Assembly (NCBI RefSeq): GCF_001194135.2
Contig: NC_068986.1
Coordinates: 33,807,304-33,839,369, forward strand
Length of the DNA stretch: 32,066 bases
From: Octopus bimaculoides
Taxonomy: Eukaryota
Reading direction: 5' to 3'
The translations under genes and the position numbers were made by a program. The notes beneath the pieces were generated by a model, which was not told the origin of the DNA, did not search any database, and saw nothing but the letters and a program-made list of their open reading frames with translations. This document shows positions 23,000-32,066 of the stretch, piece by piece; the stretch's first letter is position 1; the number at the start of each line of letters is the position of its first letter.

Positions 23000-23126
23000 A
23001 ACAGTTGTTCGTTAGCAAAGTTCCTTGTTGCTGTTAGTGCACAACAGAACTCAAGTGTCAGCCATATTAACTATCAGTGTGAGAATGGCTACATCATTAT
23101 TTCCAGTAATAAAACGCCCATGTGCA
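23000..23126 (+). CDS. Candidate coding exon with a Cys/GY pattern loosely like a Sushi/CCP C-terminal half
   Basis: Acceptor ttaccattgttttttag|A and donor TGCA|GTAAGA. The only open frame gives NSCSLAKFLVAVSAQQNSSVSHINYQCENGYIIISSNKTPMC (phase 0 to phase 1). No homolog recognised. Confidence 0.3.
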
Positions 23127-23189
23127 GTAAGATAGGGGTTGTTGATGGTCGACAGGGTAGAATAATAAATCTTTTATTAACAATAAATC

Positions 23190-23745
23190 CCTTGTAGTAC
23201 ATCTTTCTTACGCTTTGAGTTAAATCCCCGCTAAGGTGAATTTTTTTTGCCTTTCATCCTTTCGGTATCGATAAAAAAATAGTTGTTGTTGTTGGCACTC
23301 CGTCGCTTACGACGTCGAGGGTTCCAGTTGATCCGATCAACAGAACAGCCTGCTCGTGAAATTAACGTACAAGTGGCTGAGCACTCCACAGACACGTATA
23401 CCCTTAACATAGTTCTCGGGGATATTCAGCGTGACACAGAGTGTGACAAGGCTGACCCTTTGAATTACAGACACAACAGAAAGAGGAAGTAAGAGAAAGT
23501 TGTGGTGAAAGAGTACAGCAGGGTTCGCCACCATCCCCTGCCGGAGCCTCGTGGAGCTTTTGGTGTTTTCGCTCAATAAACACTCACAACGCCCAGTCTG
23601 GGAATTGAAACCGCGATCCTATGACTGCGAGTCTACTGCCCTAACCACTGGGCCATTGCGCCTATATAGTAATAGCCTAGTATTGGGCATTGGTTCCATC
23701 AACTAATCCCTTCCTCTAAAATTTCTGGCCTCGTGCCCTTTTTAA
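23190..23745 (+). mobile_element. Old SINE family A split by a family C insertion (pieces about 23190-23281 and 23663-23745)
   Basis: ttgcctttcatcctttcggtatcgataaaaaaata ends at the C tail; ...cctctaaaatttctggcctcgtgcc resumes after the C head. Confidence 0.65.
23282..23662 (-). mobile_element. Full-length SINE family C with tRNA-like head and (CAA)n tail
   Basis: Minus strand starts GGCGCAATGGCCCAGTGG (A box)...GGTTTCAATTCCC (B-box-like) and ends gacggagtgccaacaacaacaac. Confidence 0.93.
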
Positions 23746-23859
23746 AAATAATCTAGCTGAGGTTGATAAAATAAGGCACTAGTCAATTATTCGGGTTAAT
23801 GATATCAACTATTCCCCCTACCTCGAAGTTATTGGTCTGGCGCCTAAATCAGAAACCAT

Positions 23860-24158
23860 GGCGGTGAGCTGGCAGAATCGTTAGCACGCTGGACGAAATG
23901 CTTAACGGTATTTCGCCCGTCGCTACGTTCTGAGTTCAGATTCGGCGAGATGGCAGAATTGTTAGCTCACCGAGCGATATGCTTAGCGGCATTTTGTCCG
24001 CCTTGACGTTCTGAGTTCAAATTTCACCGCGGTCGACTTTGCCTTTCATCCTTTCGGCGTCGATAAATTAAGTACCAGTAAAACGCTGAGGTTGGTGTAA
24101 TCGACTATCCTCCTCCCCCAAATTTCAGGCCTTCTGCCAATAGTAAAAAGGATTATTA
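23860..24158 (+). mobile_element. SINE family A head (23860-23943) followed directly by a complete copy (23944-24158)
   Basis: ggcggtgagctggcagaatcgttagc...gagttcagattc|ggcgagatggcagaattgttagc...aaaaaggattatt. Confidence 0.92.
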
Positions 24159-24436
24159 AATTAATTCTGTTTATTGACGTTTTTGCCGTTTGCCGATGTC
24201 TTACGAAACTTCTCCGGGTTTTGAATCGTTTTTCCAAGTATAACTCATGTACAACTTAATACTTTGTTTCTTTTTGATAATATTCTACAGAAAACTTCCT
24301 GGGATGTTTGGGACGTCTACATTCATAACAGAGAAATCAGTTGAACTGTTGCTTCTATGCTAACACATATATTTTCCTAATCTCGTCTGACGGCTTCTTG
24401 GTAGAGAAACGCACCATAAAGAAAAAAGTGAATATG

Positions 24437-24530
24437 ACGCAGGCGTGGCTGTGTTTTAAGAAGTTTGAAAGCACAGGCATGTTTGTGTGGCAAGAAGCTT
24501 GTGTTAGCAAAGAAGCTTGTGTTTGCCTTA
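24437..24530 (+). mobile_element. Degenerate repeated SINE family B head fragments
   Basis: gacgcaggcgtggctgtg...aagaagtttg, then gcacaggcatgtttgtgtggcaagaagcttg, and a duplicated aagaagcttgtgtt. Confidence 0.5.
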
Positions 24531-24949
24531 TAGAAAGATACTATCTAAACTTTTTTCAGCTGCTGTTAATCAGAATTTTTCATCACATCATGAGAGATAC
24601 ACTGTCTTTTTTCTTCAACAAATATGTATTTAATAGCAATCATTTTCTCTTGGATTGGTAAAATCATAACCTTCGAAATGTCACGTAATTGTAACGGTTA
24701 CGAGTCCAACTTAGGTTGCCATTTCAGTTTCCGTGTTACATAATTATGCTTAATCTATCGGTAGTGTGCAGAATGTACCTTTTCCGGCTCTTGGTTGAGG
24801 CACGTTTGATTTGCCTCATAGTTTTAGGGTCACATAAAGCATCTTAAGAAGCAGAGGGATTTTTAAGGGGTTCACTCTGGACTCGTACGACGTTGCACTT
24901 CTTACGTCTGAGGGTCCTGTTGAGATTGTGGCTGTTGTTCATCAGAATA

Positions 24950-25325
24950 TTGGTTTCAAATTTTGCCACAAAGTCAGCAATTTCGGTGGAGGTGTTAGGA
25001 TGTTTACAACGACCCTAGTTCTTGACTGGTACTTGTTTTACCGACCTCGAAAGGGGGAAAGGCAAAGTCGACCTTGGTGGCATTCGAACTCAAAACGTAA
25101 AGGTAGACGAGATGCCGCTCAGCATTTTGCCTAGCTTGCTAGCGATTCTTGCAGCTTGCCGCCTTTGTTCGGCAGAATATTGTCAGCAAAGTTATGAGAA
25201 CGTTGAATGGAATGCTTTGTGATGTTTGTTCTGATTGCCTGTGCCCTGAATTCAAATTCTGTCAAGGTCAATGTTACCTTTCCTGCTTTCGGACTCTATG
25301 AAAACGTACCAGTACGGGCGATTGA
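24950..25325. mobile_element. Head-to-head SINE family A pair: minus copy about 24950-25166, older plus copy about 25170-25325
   Basis: aaggcaaagtcgaccttggtggcattcgaactc...gcttgccgcc, then ggcagaat...tgaattcaaattc...gtaccagt. Confidence 0.7.
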
Positions 25326-26188
25326 CTGACAGAACTGTTACGAGTTGAGCGACATGTCATGCAGCATCTGTCTTGGTTTTACATTCTGACAGCAACGCCT
25401 GCAATAACACAGGGGCCAAACCGTAAAGATCCAAATCGATAGCCTTCCACTTGGATGAAAAACATCGATGGCTTAAATAGAACATCATGAATAGCGCTAC
25501 CAGCCGTCAAAAAAAATCTCCCACAGGCTTGCGCATAAATGTGCAGATACATAGTCAAACACCGTACGACAGAGGCCCTTCATGTTGTTTATCAGATGTT
25601 GACTGAATAGATACCATATAACACAGAAAATCTACCTGAAACTATTTGAAGGTTCTTCGCTTAGTTTCTTCTGGGATATAACCTGTCAGTATCACTATCT
25701 GTGTGGAGGCTTCCAGATCATGTCAAGATCTTAAAAGGTTTGATACTAATTGAGCTGATTTCCTTTATTGTCCCGTTAAGTATCCCAAATATTACTGCCG
25801 GTGATGGTACTGCTAATATGTTGCATAGAATATTGTTTTGTAAGAGTAAAGATTCGGTTGACATATTTTAAAATTTGATGCAATATTTTAATTTTTTAAA
25901 TTTTTGGTCATTCTAATATTGTTCAGAGCTTATTTATGAAATACATTTTACTCAATGCCTAGATATCTGCCGCACTCAGTGAGTAGAAAGACTGATAATG
26001 TAAACGATTTTCATTTGGAAAAGAGTTTTTTTTTTCTTTTACCCGTTCAACTCTAAAACATGGATGTTTCATTTGGCCATATTCCATCTCCATATCATCT
26101 AATAATGTTAATAAATCCAGCTGTTTCTCAGCATTGTAAATATTTTGATCAACGAAATAATAACGGGTTATGTCCGTGTTTTTTGCAG

Positions 26189-26305
26189 TTGAACATTTTC
26201 GGATTCAATACCAAATTAAAGCAAAGCAGAGACTGGTTGTCTCTGGATTTTCATTTTGAAAGATTTATAACATTGGAGACAATCATTGCGCTTTTGGTTA
26301 CGAGG
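26189..26305 (+). CDS. Candidate 117-nt exon; reading frame uncertain
   Basis: Strong acceptor tccgtgttttttgcag|T and donor GAGG|GTAAGG. Phase 0 is open (LNIFGFNTKLKQSRDWLSLDFHFERFITLETIIALLVTR); phase 1 has one TGA at 26257-26259. Confidence 0.35.
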
Positions 26306-26393
26306 GTAAGGATGGCTGGCCAAATCTTTGCAAACCTTTGAATTGCAGTACTTTTACCAAGTGCAGAGACTCCAACAACTGAGAGGAAATATT

Positions 26394-26787
26394 TATCTCA
26401 ATTTAAACGTGGATGTTCTATTAGAACAAGCTATACTGTGGTGGCTATCATGAGAGAAACTCTTATATTGGCTTTTGGTATAAACTGCACTCTTGTTTCT
26501 ATCGCTATATATATTTTAACAAGCTCATTAGTTAATCACGACATCAGCACTTGTTCTGGAACGGTTTTTCTATATTTTACTGGAGGGGAAATGAGTGGCT
26601 GTTATCTTTAGCGGTCGAGATCACGTGACTTGATGGTCTCGGCACGGGAGATGGTGGGAATTTATTTCACTGCTAGTGATATAAACAAAAGTGCAATTTG
26701 TACCAGAAGCCAATATGAGAGTTTTTTTCATGGTATCTACCGTAGTATAGTTTGTTCTAATAGAACATCCATGTTTAAGTGGAGATA
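26394..26787. mobile_element. Foldback element/MITE with 114-bp imperfect terminal inverted repeats (26394-26507, 26674-26787) and a 166-bp spacer
   Basis: Ungapped manual alignment of the left arm to the reverse complement of the right arm gives 96/114 identity. Each arm contains the palindrome TGTTCTA-W-TAGAACA. Confidence 0.9.
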
Positions 26788-27489
26788 GAAATAGTACCTT
26801 GCGGTATTAATACTTCCTCTGTCGCTAATATATATATACTCCAACGACTATGAGTAGGATATAGAATCAAGTTTCTATTTTGTAATCGAATCGTACAGTC
26901 AAAGTGTTTCTGTGGCATTTATTATCTTTTTTAGCTTCCAACGGCACAGCTTTTTTAGTTAGAAATTATTCAACATGCACCACCACCCTCACACACACAT
27001 TCCATTCTTTCCACTTGTCTGCTTGTCAGTCATTACTTTATTAGATTCCCAATGGTTCTGAAGGAAATGGTTTAAACAGATTGTGTAAAGCTAATATATA
27101 ATGTTCAAGTAATCAATAGACTTATAGTTTTCTGCCAAGAACTTTTTCCTGGCTACAAGAATTTTTCCTTGATGATGTAAGCCCGTTCGATATTTCGATA
27201 TTTCTATTTGGTTTTTACAACAAAAGTGTCTCTGTCTTCAAGGTTGACCATACATATATATAGATGTATGCACAGGCATGAGCGCGATTTTCTGTTAGGA
27301 AAACTGAAAGTTGTCGGTTCCAAGTCTTCCAGTTCCACACTACCGATGTTTATCCAAGGGAAAAGATGCCGACTCAGGTGGATACAGTTTGGAATCAGTC
27401 TTAGGAGCAGGTGTTGCTATCCCAACGCAAAGGGCCGGAGTAGATCTCGTAAGGTATCATGTCGGAGCATCAAACAGCTCCGCTAATCT

Positions 27490-27615
27490 ACCTTGTAAGG
27501 ATGAAGAGCGAAGTTGAACTCGGCAGGATTTGACTTCAGTTTCCAGAGAGTTGGAACAAAGACCACCAAACACTCTATCCAACGCGCTTGATATCTCTGC
27601 CAATTCGCTGCCTCA
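27490..27615 (-). mobile_element. Degenerate SINE family A
   Basis: aaggatgaagagcgaagttgaactcggcaggatttgacttcag...ctctgccaattcgctgcc. Confidence 0.55.
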
Positions 27616-28717
27616 TTTGGTTTTGCGTTATTTCTTCTAAACATATGCATAAGGTGCGTTCTAACAACGATAACTAGTATACTAGTAGCCAACTCTTTGG
27701 TCTCTTGTTCGGGAGTTCAGTTAAGCAGCTTTTTCACGGCTGTAGAATAAGTTTTATAGTCGATAGTGTACGTTTTAGTATTTGCTGTTCATTCAATATC
27801 CACTATTCAGTGCATTTATATTTATTAAGATATTGTAGCTGAAATCTATCTTTTCTTTCTAGATCTGAAGTGAAAATAATATATGATCTTGAGAAGGGGC
27901 GCAATACAGTGAAATGTTTTATCTTTCGTCTTTCAGTATACAGATTATAGGTGTGTACTTGCGTTTGGTGCTTGTTCATTAATGCTGATTTCGTTAAGAG
28001 GGTTTCTCAATTAATGCTCTGATTTCATGCTTTAAAGTTATTAGATTCTTCTCAAAAGTGCGAAATATAAAATTTCATTATATTTTACAGCTAGCTAAAA
28101 GCTGCATTCAGTACCGACATTTAAGCTAGCTCCTGCGGAGGGCTAATTGGGGCTGCGGTCCAAAACTAAAGAGAACGATAATAATAAAGCATTTATTGGT
28201 CCCCTACAAATATGGTATTACCTTACAAATACGGTATTGCTTCAAATTCAGTTTAAGTGAAAAACTTGTAAGTTCACAAATTTTTGGAGTACTTTTAAAA
28301 TTTGAGTTTTCACACTGTTAGTACATAACAATTCCATATCCAGACCTGATCGCAATGCTGGATGTTCAAGAAACAAATAAAGGGTAGATTTTTCAATCTC
28401 GACATCATCCTGATTCCAAAAACGTATAATATGTCTACGTAGAGCAAATTTAGACTGAGATACAGGGGTCCCGGACGGGGTGGGGGGAAAGATAGAATTT
28501 CACGTTTATGATTATAGATTGTTCCAAGAAAGAGTGAGAGAGAGAAAGTGTTATGTCTCAAGCTACTGCTATCTAGCACCTTCGGATGATCTCTACTCAA
28601 CCGCTACACAACTGCTACTCAACACTCTACCACGGCCAGACTACCTCTATTTATATATCTTGGGAGATCCTACTTCTTCGCCTGGAGGCGTCGATACAAC
28701 AGAAAGAGAGAAATAGA

Positions 28718-28764
<47 letters not shown>

Positions 28765-29929
28765 TTGGTTTGTGTGTAAGGAGTTGTAAATTTATGGTCC
28801 ACCCTAAAAGCTTATCTAATTGAGTAAATGGCTTATTCTCTGATGTAGTTTAGTGATATTTTCTTTACCCTTTTCTATCCGCTTTGGTACCATACTTTGG
28901 CAACCTCCATATTGTCACTTCTATGAATTATCTCCCTAGTGTTGCTTTAGAGCCGAGATTCGCAACCTGGAGTGTCCGAAATCCCTGGGAGTGCGACAAA
29001 GAAGAACAGTGCATACTTTATTAATCTTTTAACTACGAAAATAAATCTCATATTTCATTTTTGCATTTGGTTTGCTAAGTTTTCAATGTGAACGGCTGTG
29101 TTGATGGTTATTGCAGTAATGATATTAAACATCTACTAAAAAATCGAATTGGTATTTTCTGCGAGTCAAGTCTCAACAAACTTGACATATCTCAACAAAA
29201 ATTAGTTTCCCAACAAAAGATAGATTGGTATATAAAACTACTTTTCTGCAGTAAAGGGCTTAGATTGTTTCTCAGAACAAAATTATTTACTATTTCATAA
29301 AAATTACTTTGTTCTTTTAAGCATGTCAAGACTTTTCCTATTCAACAGTATTGCATAAGGATCAATTTAAAAAAAAATACTGATTAGAAAATTGTCTTCT
29401 TCATCTTCAAATGTTGCATTACATTTATAGGGGTATTGCGAAAATTAATCAACAATTCCTAGGGTTGCGGGGCATAGAATAAGTTTGGAATCAGATTTAG
29501 AGTGTTAACAATCCAATTCTTCCTATTATTATTATTCTGTTTTATGCGTAGTGATGTCCTAAAGAACTTTTGACTATCGGCCAAAGATAAATAAATAAAT
29601 ATATCATGCTTGTTGTTTAAAGACTGTTTCAAGAATTTGGAAAAATTATCTTCAAACTGTGATTGCAAATTGTTTTTTACGTTGTATATATTCTACAGTC
29701 ATATCTGTCAGACTAGTTTTATACAAAAATAGATGAGCGTTGAATGATGGTGATGAAGAGAGCGATGGAGATGGCGGTTTGTTTACATTTTTACCTCTCT
29801 CTTTTACGGAAGCGTTTGGATGGTTTTGGAAGTCTTCAGAAAATTGTCTGACATTACAGGAGTTACAGTAACAATTTCTTCCTGGTGGCGGTGGTAGCGG
29901 CGGTGAAGGGCAGCTATTTTGAGGGCAAC

Positions 29930-30315
29930 GAGACATGCCTCCTGTCGAAATTGGACACAGTTTCGAAAGTTTTCAGTCTATCAAATTCATCTCAGTACTT
30001 GTTTTTAGAATCTGGCACTTCTTCTGTCGGTCTCGTTTTTAACCGAACCATTAGATTAAGGGGATGTAAGCACCAGATCAAATCCTCACTGGGTTCGAAG
30101 TGATGAGACACAAACACGTACACACACAAATCTACATGCCTATACAAAACACAGACACACACAAAACATGCTTCCATCTGGTTTCCATCTACTAAATTCA
30201 CTCACGAGGCATTGATCGGTCTCTCGTTATAGTAAAATACAGATTTCCCCAAGTTTCCGTGTAGTACAACAGAAACCGAAACTATGTGGATATAAAGCGA
30301 AATTCTTACGCTTCC
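29930..30315 (-). mobile_element. Old degenerate SINE family B
   Basis: cagtactt...tcggtctc...ccgaacc...ggggatgtaa...(CA)-rich tract...tttccatctactaaattcactcacgaggc...ttatagta; colinear with 11958-12472. Confidence 0.65.
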
Positions 30316-30345
30316 ATATCCACGTCTGTATAGATAATAAATAAA

Positions 30346-30586
30346 TGCGCCCTTTTAAAGCCTAGCCAGGCTCATGGGCCCGGTTTCCCGGTTTCGATGG
30401 AGTACGTGTTCCCCAGCTGGACGGGACTCCAGTCCATCGCAGCGTTACTCATTTTTTCCAGCTGAGTGGACTGGAGCAACGTGAAATGTTTTGCTCAAGA
30501 ACACAACGTGTCGTCCTGTCCAGGAATCGAAACCACAATCTTACGATCATCATGCTGACACCCTGACCACTAAGCCACGCGCCTCC
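30346..30586 (-). mobile_element. Full-length SINE family D with CORE/V-type central domain
   Basis: Minus strand: ggaggcgcgTGGCTTAGTGG (A box)...GTTTCGATTCC (B-box-like)...tgtgttcttgagcaaaaca...gctgcgatggactgg...cccgtccag. Confidence 0.85.
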
Positions 30587-30599
30587 ACCCACGTTTGTA

Positions 30600-30735
30600 T
30601 AGTCTAGTTTATCGACCCCGATAGGATGAAAGTAATGCCGACCCCGACGCCATCTGAGACCTGAACGTAAAACCAAACAAAATGCCGCTAAGCATTTATT
30701 CCGGCGCAGGAACGACTCCACGAGGTCGCCACCTT
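30600..30735 (-). mobile_element. Degenerate SINE family A
   Basis: tttatcgaccccgataggatgaaag...aaatgccgctaagcattt...cgccacc. Confidence 0.7.
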
Positions 30736-30736
30736 A

Positions 30737-31205
30737 ATGATGACGACGATAATGATGATGATGATGATGAGGAGGACGACGATAGTGGTGGTGATGATGA
30801 TGATTAAACCTCAAAAGTCACCGACGCCAACACCACCACCGCCGCCACGGCCACCACCACCGCCGCCACGGCCACCNNNNNNNNNNNNNNNNNNNNNNNN
30901 NNNNNNNNNNNNNNNNNNNNNNNNNNNNNNNNNNNNNNNNNNNNNNNNNNNNNNNNNNNNNNNNNNNNNNNNNNNNNNNNNNNNNNNNNNNNNNNNNNNN
31001 NNNNNNNNNNNNNNNNNNNNNNNNNNNNNNNNNNNNNNNNNNNNNNNNNNNNNNNNNNNNNNNNNNNNNNNNNNNNNNNNNNNNNNNNNNNNNNNNNNNN
31101 NNNNNNNNNNNNNNNNNNNNNNNNNNNNNNNNNNNNNNNNNNNNNNNNNNNNNNNNNNNNNNNNNNNNNNNNNNNNNNNNNNNNNNNNNNNNNNNNNNNN
31201 NNNNN

Positions 31206-31239
<34 letters not shown>

Positions 31240-31240
31240 C
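30737..31240. repeat. (GAT)n tract, 21-bp unit CACCACCACCGCCGCCACGGC x2 (30831-30872), gap 30877-31205, then (CAT)n
   Basis: Direct read. Confidence 0.9.
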
Positions 31241-31748
31241 CGTCTGTATTAATGTCCTCCCCTCCATTTATATGCCCAACCTCTCGCCACCGTCACCACC
31301 ACCGCCACACCCTTCGGACACATCTCATCTCATCTCAAGGCGTCTCTCATTACCAACTGTTTTATAACCAGATTGACATTTATATTATTTCTCAAATAGC
31401 CTAACAGGATCCGGTCCATGGCAGGATGGTGTGGTTTTGGCGTGGTGCTGGTGGCGGCCTGAAGTAGTTAGTATAGCATGGTATGGATATGGTATCGTAT
31501 GGCATGACATTGGCTTGGCTTAATACGGGAGCGGTGTGTGGTGCTGGACGCCGGTGAGTGGAGAATGCGGTGAGAAAATTGTCCAGGCGGTCTCTGTGAT
31601 GGACAACGTTGTGCATGTGTGTACGCGTGTGTGTGTGCTTGCGAGTCGAATATTCACCTCTGCGACTGCGTGTACGCGTACTCAAAGGCATTTCTATGCG
31701 TGTGTATCTAACGGTCACCCCTCATCCTTCACCCTTGTGGCAAATACA

Positions 31749-31755
31749 TGAAATC

Positions 31756-31787
<32 letters not shown>

Positions 31788-31789
31788 CA

Positions 31790-31830
<41 letters not shown>
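31749..31830. repeat. (ATC)n/(ATT)n microsatellite
   Basis: Direct read. Confidence 0.97.
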
Positions 31831-31832
<2 letters not shown>

Positions 31833-32066
31833 GTTGCTTATTTGCTTAACGTTTGTTACAGTGGCAGGCTGTTGAACGTGATAATGGCAACAGGGTTTTG
31901 CAATTATACCCGAATTGGGTTGGTACTTGGTGTGGTATGATGTTGTTTGCAGAGATTATTCACTTACGTACGTACAAATACGTGCAGCACATGTATACAT
32001 ACACGTACGCGTGCTTATATCCATGCTCTTCTATATATGTCTATATATGTGTGTGTGTATGTATGT

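Noticed and set aside
27300-27480. Minus-strand RHDTLRDLL, like an RLE RHN/RHD motif
   Set aside because: Isolated motif; the segment more likely derives from decayed SINE sequence.
28947-29000. Possible second hAT-like end (gagattcgcaacctggagtg...)
   Set aside because: Too degenerate, with no partner TIR or TSD.
29652-30010. Minus ORF with PSPPLPPPPG/CYCNSC, a symmetric 147-nt exon candidate and BIR-like DEFDRLKTF
   Set aside because: Pro runs come from GGT/GGC simple repeats, and the acceptor and BIR-like part lie within a decayed family B SINE.

Overview
Repeat-rich, gapped eukaryotic genomic DNA, most likely a draft assembly of a coleoid cephalopod (Octopus-like). This is inferred from the tRNA-derived SINE families and the very high density of (TA)n/(CA)n/(CATA)n/(ATT)n microsatellites. 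About 3.8 kb is N in 10 gaps, nearly all flanked by simple repeats. No complete protein-coding gene is supported; almost all ORFs in the supplied track are microsatellite, SINE or gap artefacts. Well supported: four tRNA-derived SINE families (A-D here) in more than 25 copies, often head-to-tail or nested; a decayed tRNA-Glu(TTC)-type pseudogene; a 394-bp foldback/MITE with 114-bp inverted arms; and a cluster of decayed restriction-like-endonuclease (RLE) non-LTR retrotransposon pieces at 20.6-21.8 kb. The best lead is that cluster: two divergent R4/Dong-like 3' fragments and two 110-bp short elements, all on the minus strand with junctions in (CATA)n-type microsatellite, suggesting a microsatellite-targeted retrotransposon system. 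The second lead is the foldback element, whose arm mismatches strongly favour G-U pairing on the plus-strand RNA. A few weak candidate exons suggest the window may lie in introns of a plus-strand gene, but this is unproven.
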